DNA of 64,000 nucleotides from Candidatus Kapaibacterium sp. (GTDB taxonomy: Bacteria > Bacteroidota > Ignavibacteria > Kapaibacteriales > UBA2268), in NCBI GenBank assembly GCA_963665665.1, contig OY762428.1, positions 640,001 to 704,000 on the forward strand, read 5' to 3'. Below the pieces are notes generated by a model. That model ran no database searches, was not told the origin of the DNA, and saw only the letters and a list, made by a program, of their open reading frames with translations. Numbering within the stretch: the stretch's first letter is position 1; the number at the start of each line of letters is the position of its first letter. Of the stretch, positions 39,848 through 50,923 are shown in pieces. The translations under genes were made by a program, and so were the position numbers.

Positions 39848-42718
39848 ATGATAAAAAAATTATTTCCAATAATAATACTAACAATTGCGGCAATTTTATC
39901 AGTTGCTGAAAGTATTGCCGGAACAGTTATTATCAAGATAGATATTGAATCAGAACTATTTAGTAAATGGCAAAGCGCCGGAAAAAATTATAATTTTCCT
40001 GAGTTTTCGGGATTGATAGATCAGGTTAGTTCCAAACCATTGATTAGAGAAAAATTATTAGAAAAAGCATCTGAAAAATTATATGGATCATCGAATCTGA
40101 AATCCGGTTCGATGAGAAATATTAATTCCTTATCTGGCCTTTGCGTAATTAACTACAAGGAAGGGCCGGCAGAAGAAATTTCAGCTTCCAAACTCAGATC
40201 ACACCCTGATATTATTTACGCCGAGCCGTTCCCCCGAAGAAACTTTTCATTTATCCCGAATGATCCATATATTGACTTTCAGCCTTATCTTGATTCAATC
40301 CGGGCTTACAAGGCATGGGACGAAATTGATGCTGGTTCTGAAATATTAATTGGTATCGTCGATACAGGCATTGATTTTGATCATGTTGAATTAAAAAATA
40401 GAATATATAATAATCCCGGTGAAACCGGCGAAGACAAAGACGGCAACGATAAAAGAACAAACGGTATTGATGATGATGAAAATGGTTTTATTGATGATTG
40501 GCGAGGTTGGGACTTTGCCGGTGCCGACGGAAACACACAGGATAATGATCCATACCCGGGGAACCCTCACGGCACACATGTTGCCGGAATCTCGGCTGCC
40601 GAGGTAAATAACGAAACCGGTATTGCAGGCGTTTCGCCCTATGCTAAATTATTACCTGTTAAAGTGGGACTTGATTTTTCTTTCGGCACATCAGTCTATA
40701 ATGCTTTCGAAGGCCTGCTTTACGCTGCTGTAGTCGGATCAGATATAATCAATTGTTCATGGGGCGGGGAAAACAGCTCGGAAGCTGAAGCAGAGATTGT
40801 GGCTCTTGCAATTGACATGGGCTCTGTTATTGTTGCTGCTGCCGGTAATGACGGCGATAATATCAACAACTATCCGGCTGCATATAAAGATGTTATTTCG
40901 GTTGCATCACTTGATGGTGATAACAAAAAATCATCATTTTCCAACTATTCTTATGATGTTGACATTTCAACCTATGGCAGATATATTTATTCTACTGTTC
41001 CAAATGACGAGTATGATTACATGGACGGTACATCCATGGCTTCGCCTGTTCTTGCAGGAATAGCTGCGCTTGTTAAAGCAAAGTTCCCTGATTATTCACC
41101 AGTCCAGATAGGTGAACAAATCAAAGCAACCGCAGATGATATTTATTATATAAACGACTATTACAAAGAATTTCTCGGTAAGGGAAAGGCTAATGCATAC
41201 AGGGCTGTTACGGAAACTGCTACAAAATCAGTTATAATATCTGATTACAAACTGATTGATGACAACGGGGACGGAATAATTGAAGAAGGTGAAAAAGTAA
41301 CTCTTGACCTGATAATACACAATGTTCTTGCAGGAACAGACAGTATCGGAATATCAATATCTCCCGAAAGTTTTTATCAACCATATTTTACTGAAGATGA
41401 AATTTATATCGGCAGTATGAATCCCTCGGAGATAAAAACTATTCCTGCCGCCTTTGAGTTCACTGTCCCTGATAAAATTCCTTATGATTACATGATGAAA
41501 TTTAAAATTATTGTTGGCAGCGGTACAAAACGTTATGACCTGGAACTGCTTACCATGACTGTTAAGCCGTCATACCGGACTTTTGACAACAACAATTTGT
41601 CTGTAACAATAAACAGCGCCGGTAACATAGCATACAATGACTACCCGGATAATCTCCAGGGAAACGGATTCAGGCTCAGGAACAGCTCGGATTTGCTTTA
41701 TGAAGGAGCCCTAATGGTCGGAGTCTCGCCGGAACGTGTATCCAACGGGGCAAGGGGTGAAGATCAGCTTGAAAAAGTCTATGATTTTGTTATAGACAGT
41801 GTTATCTCTGAAAAATATTCACCTGACTTCAATGCCTGGATTGGAATCACTGAATTCTCGGATATGAACGATGAAAATGATGCCGGTATAAAGGTTCTTC
41901 AGAAAGTTTTCCAAAGCGTGAACAAAGCAGACAGTAATTTTATAATTTTAACTTATGATATAATAAATACTTCCGGATTTCCTTTTGATTCTTTATATGC
42001 CGGGTTATTCTTCGACTGGGATATAGGAACATCAGGCTCGAATAACAGGGTATCTTATGATATTTATCGCGGTTTCGGTTATTGTAAGAATCTTGCAGTT
42101 GATTCGCTGCCGATAACAGGTGCAAAACTATTAACCCAGCAACCTCTGAATTACTTTGCGATGGATAATGACGGGAACGGCGGAACTAATCCGGGAATAT
42201 GGGATGGTTTTACAACAACTGAAAAATGGAATGTAATGTCCGGTGGCATGGCACGCCTTGCATCCGGAATCACGGATGTATCTATGGTTATAAGTGCCGG
42301 CCCGGTAAACATGAGGGCAGACGATACGGTAAGAGTCAGTTTTGCCGTGCTTGCAGGTAAAGATGCGGATGAAATTGTAAATGCACTTGAAGCAGCTAAA
42401 GCATTTGCTGCCGAACATGATCTGGACAGGAATATATACTCCTCTCCCCCGTCTGTGGATTCTTTGATATCAATTTATCCGAATCCCTCGCCCGGCGATA
42501 TAATACGGGCAAAGTTCGGCCTTGCGAATTCATCGGAAGTAAGTATTGAGATTTTTGATATGGCAGGAGCTATTGTTAAGGAAGTGTTAAAGAAAAACTT
42601 CCCCCCGGATATTCATACTATTGATATTGACCTTAACGATCTGCCTGTTGGCGCCTATTGGATAAGAATAAAAACTGAATCAGAAGAACTGGCAGAAAAA
42701 ATCATCATTAACAGATAA
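39848..42718 (+). CDS. S8 subtilisin-like serine peptidase with T9SS CTD
   Basis: Catalytic D (DTGID), H (HGTHVAG), S (GTSMASP); AAAGN; YPNP...GAYWIRI CTD. Confidence 0.92.
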   Translation: MIKKLFPIIILTIAAILSVAESIAGTVIIKIDIESELFSKWQSAGKNYNFPEFSGLIDQVSSKPLIREKLLEKASEKLYGSSNLKSGSMRNINSLSGLCVINYKEGPAEEISASKLRSHPDIIYAEPFPRRNFSFIPNDPYIDFQPYLDSIRAYKAWDEIDAGSEILIGIVDTGIDFDHVELKNRIYNNPGETGEDKDGNDKRTNGIDDDENGFIDDWRGWDFAGADGNTQDNDPYPGNPHGTHVAGISAAEVNNETGIAGVSPYAKLLPVKVGLDFSFGTSVYNAFEGLLYAAVVGSDIINCSWGGENSSEAEAEIVALAIDMGSVIVAAAGNDGDNINNYPAAYKDVISVASLDGDNKKSSFSNYSYDVDISTYGRYIYSTVPNDEYDYMDGTSMASPVLAGIAALVKAKFPDYSPVQIGEQIKATADDIYYINDYYKEFLGKGKANAYRAVTETATKSVIISDYKLIDDNGDGIIEEGEKVTLDLIIHNVLAGTDSIGISISPESFYQPYFTEDEIYIGSMNPSEIKTIPAAFEFTVPDKIPYDYMMKFKIIVGSGTKRYDLELLTMTVKPSYRTFDNNNLSVTINSAGNIAYNDYPDNLQGNGFRLRNSSDLLYEGALMVGVSPERVSNGARGEDQLEKVYDFVIDSVISEKYSPDFNAWIGITEFSDMNDENDAGIKVLQKVFQSVNKADSNFIILTYDIINTSGFPFDSLYAGLFFDWDIGTSGSNNRVSYDIYRGFGYCKNLAVDSLPITGAKLLTQQPLNYFAMDNDGNGGTNPGIWDGFTTTEKWNVMSGGMARLASGITDVSMVISAGPVNMRADDTVRVSFAVLAGKDADEIVNALEAAKAFAAEHDLDRNIYSSPPSVDSLISIYPNPSPGDIIRAKFGLANSSEVSIEIFDMAGAIVKEVLKKNFPPDIHTIDIDLNDLPVGAYWIRIKTESEELAEKIIINR

Positions 42719-42784
42719 TTTTGAAAATAATTAATACACCTGAATATTAAGGTTAGATTTTATTAATCAATGAAGATTTCAAAA

Positions 42785-42970
42785 ATGGACAGATACCTTG
42801 AATTATCCGAATTGATAAAGAAATATGAGAAGGATTTTAACAAGTTTTATAACAAAGGCAACAAGACTGCCGGTATAAGGCTTAGAAAGCACATGCAGGA
42901 ACTTCGCACATGGGCCAAGATGGTCAGGTTTGAAGTGCAGAACCTGAATAAGGAAAGAACCAAAGATTAA
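42785..42970 (+). CDS. Histone H1-like (Hc1-type) small basic protein
   Basis: KFYNKGNKTAGIRLRKHMQELR...R.EVQ matches the Bacteroidota histone-H1-like pattern; start may be 42770. Confidence 0.8.
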   Translation: MDRYLELSELIKKYEKDFNKFYNKGNKTAGIRLRKHMQELRTWAKMVRFEVQNLNKERTKD

Positions 42971-43995
42971 TTTTCAGCCTGGTCGGATTCAATAGAAGTT
43001 TTTTTGGCAGGAATTTCCAATAACTCACGAGTCAGTTTTTTTACTTCTGCCCTGAGTTCATCAATAAGGTCATTCCGGATTTTACCTTTTACGAACCTGA
43101 TCATATTTAGTGTGCCTTCGCTCAGGTCGCAATAGTGGAGTTCAATTTCAGCACCTTCGGGTGTTCTTTTGAACATTCCGGTAATATAAATTTGTACTTC
43201 AAGATCACTGAGAGCTTTAATTTCATAAGACGTTGGTGCCTTAAAATTTTCAATGCCAAACATATTGAACATAGCATAAATGGAATCTCTTGACTCAGTA
43301 TCGTACACAACATGAGTGGGGCTTTCAATAGCAGCTTCAAAAATCGATTCCGCAACATCATAGGAAATTATCTCTTTACTTTTGAACAATTCCCAGTCCT
43401 TCTGATTCGGATCGTTCAGGAACATAAGTCCGCCAACCACAGTTGTCTTTGCCGGCAACACCCTGAAACTGCCTTCGAGATCAGCAAATAGTTCAGGCTT
43501 GTTTTCAGATTCTGCCAAAGCCCTCTGAACAGCTATCAAAATAGTAGGGTCATACAGAGGTTTGTTGTCATTTTCATGCCTGAACCTGAGTAGCGAATAA
43601 CCTATTCCCCTGCTCTCTTTATTATTTTTCACCTTTTTGCTAACCATTTCAATCCTTACCATATTCTTCAATTGCTGGACGTTAAAGAACAGGATTTTAT
43701 CTACATCAAGTTCCCTGGCAATATTCAGGGCTGTTGGTTCCTTTCCCGATTCTTCAATAATCGAAGATACCGAGTCTCTTTCAGTAAGTCCGATAACTTT
43801 ATAATCTTTTGTAAGGCCGGCAGCAAGAGTCAGCGCAGCTTCAATCTTATAATCATCAAGGAATTCAGGAGTATTTTCTGAAAACAGGCATTGCCCAATC
43901 ATCAGTTTAGTTTTATTATCATTTGAATACAGAGTATTTGCAAATAAAACAATCGTAAAAATTCCTAGCGTTATATATCTTGTCATTCCAGCCAT
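42967..43995 (-). CDS. Hypothetical exported protein
   Basis: 342-aa ORF with an N-terminal signal peptide. Confidence 0.7.
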   Translation of the reverse strand: MAGMTRYITLGIFTIVLFANTLYSNDNKTKLMIGQCLFSENTPEFLDDYKIEAALTLAAGLTKDYKVIGLTERDSVSSIIEESGKEPTALNIARELDVDKILFFNVQQLKNMVRIEMVSKKVKNNKESRGIGYSLLRFRHENDNKPLYDPTILIAVQRALAESENKPELFADLEGSFRVLPAKTTVVGGLMFLNDPNQKDWELFKSKEIISYDVAESIFEAAIESPTHVVYDTESRDSIYAMFNMFGIENFKAPTSYEIKALSDLEVQIYITGMFKRTPEGAEIELHYCDLSEGTLNMIRFVKGKIRNDLIDELRAEVKKLTRELLEIPAKKTSIESDQAEN

Positions 43996-44159
43996 TACAA
44001 TTACTTAATTGTTAAGAAAAACTAAAAAACAAGTTAAGGAACTTCGTTTAATTACACAAATTTTTAAATATCAAATTCTCTAATCTTCCTTAATTTGAAT
44101 TTTAGGACTCAGGAATCCACGTAAATTCAGACTTTGTGATTTTGATTTTTCCAATACAT

Positions 44160-45543
44160 TTCCCTGTCCACCGCTGGCGCCGACGAGTCGGGAAAGTGCG
44201 GGGGTGGATTCTTAAAATTCCCCTCCAGTGGAGGGGTGGCGAGCGCAGCGAGACGGGGTGGTTTCTTTTTCTTAGTCCCAAGGTATTTTTATCCACGAGC
44301 TAAAGCACGTGGCTATTGAATTTTGCGATATTCTGGATGGATTGTCATTCTGAGCGCCAGCGAAGAATCCATTCTTAATGCACTATCTGCAAACAAAGAT
44401 GGATTCTTTTTCCGATTGTTGGCCAATAATTTTAAAAATCCCCCCTAATCGCCTCATTCTTTTGCTCTGTCCCCCCGTTCTTCCACCCCAATGAACAGGC
44501 CGCCGGCCTTAATTCCCCAACCTGTGGTTTCAATGAACCGGATAATTCCCTTACTTCAATGCTGTTTTGAACCAGAATTCAAATGTTTGGGCTAAATGCT
44601 TTGTTGGCAGAGCTTTAAACTGCCTTGGCCGGAGGTATTGAACTACTGTTTGGCCTTATTGTAGTGAAATTTGGCCTCATTGAACACTTGGTTGGCTTTA
44701 CTGAACACTTGGTTGACCTTACTGAACACTTGGTTGGCTTTACTGAACACTTGGTTGACCTTACTGAACGCTTGTTTGACCTTACTGAACACTTGGTTGA
44801 CCTTACTGAACACTTGTTTGACCTTACTGAACACTTGTTTGACCTTACTGAACGCTTGGTTGACCTTACTGAACGCTTGGTTGACCTTACTGAACGCTTG
44901 GTTGATCTTACTGAACGCTTGGTTGATCTTACTGAACATGTTCTTTGCCTCCGACCAAGAGTTCAATGCCTCCGACCAAGAGTTCAATGCCTTCAACCAA
45001 GAGTTCAATGCCTCCGACCAAGGCAGCAATGACTCTGACCAGGGCGGCAATGACTCCGACCAAGGCATCAATAAAGCAAAACATTGGTGCAATAGTGTCG
45101 TCCAAGAGTTCATTATCTTCAAACAAGGCGGCAATGACTTCGAGCAAGGCGGCAATAACTCCGGCCAAGGCGGCAATGACTTCAACCAAGGCGTCAATAA
45201 CTCCGACCAAGGCGGCAATAAAGCAAAACATTGCTGCAATAGTGTCGACCAAGACCTCAATACCTCTGACCCCTCCCAAACCCTCCCCGAAGGGGCGGGC
45301 TTTGAAGAAGAATAAGGCAACAACAGAATAAAACATTGATGCAATAACTTAGAACATTGGTGAAATGCCGCTGACCCTTCCTACCTCCCCCCGGCCCCCT
45401 CCTTGGGAAGGAGGGGGAGTTAATTCTATGATATTTAACTTCTTATCCCCTCCTAAAGTAGGAGGGGAATACAGGGGAGGTTTTCTTTCTTTGCTTCCGA
45501 CCAGTGCATTATTATCCACGCGCTAAAGCACCTGGCTATTGAA
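44160..45543. mobile_element. Composite non-autonomous repeat element, copy B
   Basis: Same module order as 13545-15113; CCACG.GCTAAAGCAC.TGGCTATTGA at 44293-44319 and 45516-45542. Confidence 0.6.
44481..45375. repeat. Inverted pair of 21-bp tandem arrays around GAACATGTTC (44934-44943), copy B
   Basis: 13 clean left units at 44670-44942; right arm starts with ctccgaccaagagttcaatgc units, reverse-complement-like to the left. Confidence 0.9.
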
Positions 45544-45645
45544 ATTTTCCTCCTTTCTCCTCCTTCCCAAGCCCCGCTTGGGAAGGCAAATACCACAGGA
45601 AAAAAAAGAAAACATCACATCTAAGCAGGGGCTTAGATGCGAGTA

Positions 45646-45694
45646 TAAAAAAAATCCGGGCAATGGACCTTTCCACTACCCGGATTTTATTTTT
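45646..45694 (-). terminator. Probable bidirectional intrinsic terminator
   Basis: AAAATCCGGG...CCCGGATTTT stem with A/T tracts on both sides, directly after the stop at 45698. Confidence 0.7.
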
Positions 45695-45697
45695 GCC

Positions 45698-47950
45698 TTA
45701 CCTTTCAATTATCAATGTCTTAACGCCGGGCATTAACTCGTGAGGTCCGGAATTAATCGAAGAACGGACGTAATATAATCCGTTTGGAATATCATCAAGA
45801 GCTACTCTTAATTCTTCTCCGGGACGAGATTTTGTATTAAATACTACAGAGCCAAGCTGATTGACTATCTCAATATTCAAAACACTGCTTTCATCGGTTG
45901 AAGCCGGAGTAAATGCAGTGATATAAACAAAATCTTCGGCAGGGTTGGGGGAAATCGAAATAATCTCATTTCTTTCATCTTTATCGTCTTGATTATCTAC
46001 ACCGACATATACTTTTTTTGAACGTACAAATCCTTCAAAACCAAGATTTCCGACATAGCGCCCTGATGGGTGAGGAAAAACTCTATATTCTCCATAACTT
46101 CCATAAGATTCAACTGAATCGAGCAGTTTAAGTTCATGGTTTGAATTTATTCTTTCAAATAGCAAGTATTTTCCTTCATGCCAGGTTGTAAACAAAAATT
46201 TGTCATCAAACCCAAGGTAGGACTGAACTTTCGCATTAAATTCTCCAAAGTCCGAAATAAATTCAACCTCCTGCCAGGATTCACCATAATCACTAGTATA
46301 AAAATTAGTAACATTACGCAGAGTTGCATATCCTTCTCCTGAATTATTGAAGTTAAAACTATTAACTTCCATACCTAAATGATTATGCACTTTCTTTTGC
46401 CAGGTTTTTCCTTTATCTTTTGATACATAAATTAACTCTTCCATACCACCAACAAAATACCAGTCTAAGCTGTTAATACCTATGCAATATTGTATTGATG
46501 GGAAATCAATTTCAAGAGTATCCCATGATTTACCGTCATCGGTTGAGAGTTGAACCCCGCCTCCCAAAAGCATTCCTAAAATATTACCTTCCGAATCAAC
46601 TTTTAGATCGTCAAAAGGAACATACCCTTCACCTTCATAACTGTATATCAATCCATCTGAAAATATTTCCCAGCTATCTCCCTTATTGGTTGATCGATAG
46701 ATACCTTCGCCATAATATTCACTTGCTAGGATACTTCCGGCTTTTGTTTCAACTAAAGAAGTAAACATTTTATTACAAAAATCAAAATATTCCCAGGTTT
46801 CTCCCATATCAGTTGTTTTCATAATATTGGGATAGTAAGTGAATATATCACCATTTGAGAATATTCTCATATCCTGAAAATAATATGAATTTATATTGCT
46901 TTCCATAAATTCCCAGGTTTCCCCTTTATCTGTTGATTTAAAGATACCCCAACTTCCATAGCTTTTAAAATAAACTCCTTTGTTATTAATATCAAAACCT
47001 TCAATTGAAGATGGCGTATGATAATAGTCTTCGAAACCATTATCCAATATTTCCCACGATTGTCCCGTATCACTTGTTTTAGCAATACCATCCGGAATAT
47101 TTGCAATAAAATTATTTTCGTCATAAAAAATAATATCGCTAATAAAAAAATTTCGGTAGGGGCGATATATTGGATCGAATGTTTGATATTGGTCTTTGGT
47201 ATAACAAAGTATTTCATTAAAAGAACAAATATTAAAATTCCATTTGTATTTATTTACAAAATAAATGACATTTCTATTAATATTCTCAAGTATTTCCCAT
47301 GATTTCCCACCATTATTAGTTTTTATTATTGTAGAATTTAAACGATCAATATAACAATTACAAATAATTTGATTTTCATTAAATGCATAAATATTATTTA
47401 TTCTCGAATTTGAAAATACAGTATCAATAATTGATATCCATGACTGGCCTAAATCATTTGATTTATAAATACCAAATTCATAAGAAAATGGACTATCAAT
47501 TATGATATTAGTAGCAACATATAGATTATTATCAAAATCAATATCGTAGTCAATGAGATCCTCATCAAAATCATGAGGATTAGATGATTTTGGAAAAGGA
47601 GAAGATTGTATCCAACTGTCACCATCATCAGTTGAAATATATATACACCCACCTAAATCTCTTGATTTAAAATATAATCTATCCTCAGTATCAATTTTAA
47701 AATCATTTTTTCTTCCTCTAAATAATACATCCAATTTAGAATGTCGGGTTACTGATTCATAGGTCTTGCCATCGTCGTAAGACCTGAATATTCCATTATG
47801 AGTCAAGGCAAAAATAGTTCCTTTGCTATTAATTTCTATCTGTGAAACATTATGGTATTTGATATTATTCAATACTTCCCAAAATGAATCATCTGAATAC
47901 AAATTGAGAGTAACAATGAAAAGTAGAAATGTTGTAACGGATTTCATCAT
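45698..47950 (-). CDS. BNR/Asp-box (VPS10/sialidase-like propeller) protein with T9SS CTD
   Basis: Repeated S/T.D.G.SW/TW boxes; ISPNPA...NQLG...PNGLYYV CTD; signal peptide. Confidence 0.88.
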   Translation of the reverse strand: MMKSVTTFLLFIVTLNLYSDDSFWEVLNNIKYHNVSQIEINSKGTIFALTHNGIFRSYDDGKTYESVTRHSKLDVLFRGRKNDFKIDTEDRLYFKSRDLGGCIYISTDDGDSWIQSSPFPKSSNPHDFDEDLIDYDIDFDNNLYVATNIIIDSPFSYEFGIYKSNDLGQSWISIIDTVFSNSRINNIYAFNENQIICNCYIDRLNSTIIKTNNGGKSWEILENINRNVIYFVNKYKWNFNICSFNEILCYTKDQYQTFDPIYRPYRNFFISDIIFYDENNFIANIPDGIAKTSDTGQSWEILDNGFEDYYHTPSSIEGFDINNKGVYFKSYGSWGIFKSTDKGETWEFMESNINSYYFQDMRIFSNGDIFTYYPNIMKTTDMGETWEYFDFCNKMFTSLVETKAGSILASEYYGEGIYRSTNKGDSWEIFSDGLIYSYEGEGYVPFDDLKVDSEGNILGMLLGGGVQLSTDDGKSWDTLEIDFPSIQYCIGINSLDWYFVGGMEELIYVSKDKGKTWQKKVHNHLGMEVNSFNFNNSGEGYATLRNVTNFYTSDYGESWQEVEFISDFGEFNAKVQSYLGFDDKFLFTTWHEGKYLLFERINSNHELKLLDSVESYGSYGEYRVFPHPSGRYVGNLGFEGFVRSKKVYVGVDNQDDKDERNEIISISPNPAEDFVYITAFTPASTDESSVLNIEIVNQLGSVVFNTKSRPGEELRVALDDIPNGLYYVRSSINSGPHELMPGVKTLIIER

Positions 47951-48130
47951 ATTTCCTTAAGTATTGCCGTGGTTAACAAACCACGGCAATATATGAATTA
48001 ATTAAATTATTTGATAATTAATAATGACTTAGTAATTTTATTTCCATTCTATTCAATATTCCAATCCTGATTTTAAAATATCCGATACAAATCGTAATTT
48101 GCATGTTTTAAAACTGGCGAGGGAATTTTC

Positions 48131-50743
48131 TTGGATGATAAAAGGGCAATATTAAAGAAATACTTTGGCTTTGACAGCTTCAGGGACGGTCAGGAGGAAA
48201 TTATTGATTCAATCCTTAATGACCGCGACGTTCTGGCTGTTATGCCAACCGGAGGAGGAAAATCCCTTTGCTATCAACTTCCGGCAATAATGAAAAAGGG
48301 TACTGCCCTTATCATTTCGCCGCTTATCGCCCTGATGAAAGACCAGGTGGACTCGCTAAAACAAAAAAATATTCCTGCCGAATTCATTAACAGTACTCTT
48401 GGAATGGGAGAAATCCAGGCACGACTGGACGGAGCCATTGCCGGCGATTACAAGCTGTTATATATAGCCCCGGAACGCCTGGAAAGCAAAAGATTTCTTA
48501 ATATGCTGTCAATGCTCAATATCAGTTTTGTAGCAGTAGATGAAGCACATTGTGTTTCACAGTGGGGGCACGACTTCAGGCCATCTTATTTATATATCAG
48601 CAAAGCTGTAAAATCCATCAGGTACGGTTCTCTTGCCGCCCTTACAGCTACTGCCACCCCGGAAGTCAGGGATGATATTGTACAATCATTGGAAATGAAG
48701 CTGCCAAACGAAGTAATCAAAGGATTCGACCGCCCGAACCTGAAATATATCAGCAAACATTCGAATGATAAGATTTCAGACTTGCAGGATATTTTTTCCA
48801 ATATGAAATCCGGAAGCGGTATTGTTTATTGCGGAACCAGAAAAAAAGTTGAAGAATATACTGCCGCTCTAAAATCCAAAAGAATTAATGCCGAAGGCTA
48901 TCACGCCGGAATGAAACCTATCGTCAGGAAAAAAATCCAGGAAGACTTTATTACAGGCAGAAAGAAAATAATTCTCGCTACAAATGCTTTCGGTATGGGT
49001 ATCGATAAGGCAGACGTCCGCACGGTAGTGCACGTGGACCTTCCGCAAACAGTGGAAGCCTACTATCAGGAAGCCGGCAGGGCAGGACGCGACGGAGAGA
49101 AATCAGAATGTATTATGCTTTACCATCCTTCGGATATTTTCCTCCAGGAGTTTTTTATTGATGCTAATTATCCCCCAAAGGAAGATATTCGCAAGGTCTA
49201 TACAAGTATCTATGATATGGCAGGAGCAGGCAACGGCGAAAAGCCCGCTGCACCGCTTTATGCCGATGAAATTGAAATTGCCGAGCGCGCGCGGGTGAAT
49301 GTATCTGAAACACGTTCGATTATCGGTTTGCTGGAAAGGTTTGGGATACTTCTGCGCAGCCAGGCCCTGAAATCTGCCAGGCTAAAGATAACAACCAGCA
49401 GGAACCGATTGGTTGACTACATGAATAATACCAACGAACAAAGAGCAAAGGTTCTTGAATCAATTTTAAGAAGCAGTACATCCGAATCCATGGAAAAATT
49501 CGTCGATTTTGACCTGAAAGGTTTTCTGCTGAAATATGATCTATCAACCGAGGAATTCAGGAAAGCTGTGGAGGCATTTGAATTCGCACGATTATTAAAA
49601 TTCACATATAGTGGATCCGAGAAAGGTATATTGCTGAAGAAGGAACGCGCACCAATTCTTAAAATCCCCATTGATTTCAGCGAACTTGAAGAAAGACGCG
49701 ATCATGCTGTGGCTAAAGCGGATATTATGCGAATGTATGCCGAAACCGCCGAGTGCAAAAGAAATTTCATTCTCCAGTATTTTGGTGAATCGAATATTCA
49801 GGACAGTTGCGGCAACTGTTCGTCATGCCTTTCGGGCAGCGGCAGAAAAAAAAGAAAACCCATTGCAAATTCTAAATTGCAGACAAAGGTTTTAACTGCT
49901 GTTTGCGAACTTGACGGCAGGTTTAATTTCACGATTCTCACCGACTATCTTCATGGCGATACAAACAAACAAATAAAAGACTACGGGCTGGACAAACCGT
50001 CCGGCTTTGGAAGCGCATCCGATAGCAGGCTTATCAGAATTAAGGAAGAGATAGATAAAGCCATATATGCAAGGCTGATTGAAGTAAAGGACAACAACAA
50101 AAACAAGCCAAAAATCACCAAAGAAGGCAGGCTCAAACTCGGACGCCCTGTTAATCCGCTAAAGCTGGAGTTCAAAAATCGAAAAGTTGATAATGCTCTA
50201 TATGAAGAGCTTTGCCAGCTTAGGGAGGAACTTGCTGCTAAAGATGGCATCGTTCCCCGGGCTATTGCCAGCGACAGGGCCGTGAAGCTGATATCGAAAA
50301 ACAAACCTGTTGATGATAAGGGGCTGAGCGAAATACAGGGCATAGGGCCAATTTTTAAAACCAGGTATGGCAGATTTTTTATATCCAGGGTTCAGGAATA
50401 TTTAAATCCTAAACACAAAATAAAGTTAAAACCTGTCGGTGAAGAAATTAAAAAAGCCGCTGAACTTTGGAACACATTTACTGATTTCGAGCATGTTGCA
50501 TCAAAAATGAAGATATCAACTGGTGAAGCCTCTTTCCATATACAAAAAGCTATTGAGGCAGGTTTGAAACTGGATGTTAGCGATTATAAAGATAGTTCTG
50601 TTATTGAAATAATAATTGATGTACTTATGAACCGCCCCAATGCTAATATTGCTGAGATCAGGCGAAATATACCTGTCAATATCAATATCGAAACATTAAG
50701 GATAAATATTGCCCTCGCAAAAAATGAGCTGGGAATACGGTAA
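48131..50743 (+). CDS. recQ: RecQ-family DNA helicase (long form with Zn/RQC-like and HRDC domains)
   Basis: Helicase motifs as above; CKR..CGNCSSC; LYEELCQLREELA..IQGIG HRDC-like; TTG start. Confidence 0.92.
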   Translation: MDDKRAILKKYFGFDSFRDGQEEIIDSILNDRDVLAVMPTGGGKSLCYQLPAIMKKGTALIISPLIALMKDQVDSLKQKNIPAEFINSTLGMGEIQARLDGAIAGDYKLLYIAPERLESKRFLNMLSMLNISFVAVDEAHCVSQWGHDFRPSYLYISKAVKSIRYGSLAALTATATPEVRDDIVQSLEMKLPNEVIKGFDRPNLKYISKHSNDKISDLQDIFSNMKSGSGIVYCGTRKKVEEYTAALKSKRINAEGYHAGMKPIVRKKIQEDFITGRKKIILATNAFGMGIDKADVRTVVHVDLPQTVEAYYQEAGRAGRDGEKSECIMLYHPSDIFLQEFFIDANYPPKEDIRKVYTSIYDMAGAGNGEKPAAPLYADEIEIAERARVNVSETRSIIGLLERFGILLRSQALKSARLKITTSRNRLVDYMNNTNEQRAKVLESILRSSTSESMEKFVDFDLKGFLLKYDLSTEEFRKAVEAFEFARLLKFTYSGSEKGILLKKERAPILKIPIDFSELEERRDHAVAKADIMRMYAETAECKRNFILQYFGESNIQDSCGNCSSCLSGSGRKKRKPIANSKLQTKVLTAVCELDGRFNFTILTDYLHGDTNKQIKDYGLDKPSGFGSASDSRLIRIKEEIDKAIYARLIEVKDNNKNKPKITKEGRLKLGRPVNPLKLEFKNRKVDNALYEELCQLREELAAKDGIVPRAIASDRAVKLISKNKPVDDKGLSEIQGIGPIFKTRYGRFFISRVQEYLNPKHKIKLKPVGEEIKKAAELWNTFTDFEHVASKMKISTGEASFHIQKAIEAGLKLDVSDYKDSSVIEIIIDVLMNRPNANIAEIRRNIPVNINIETLRINIALAKNELGIR

Positions 50744-50923
50744 TTTTTTGTTGTGAAGCCAAAGTACACTGAAGTATATCCAATATTCATCAGGCTCATT
50801 GACTTCATCAGTTTCGAACGCTATTTCACATTAAAAATCCTCCCCGGGTATATTCCGGGAAGGTGATATATAAAAAATAATCTTCTTCCAAGTAAAAGCA
50901 AGCCATTGCAGGCCAACAGTTAA

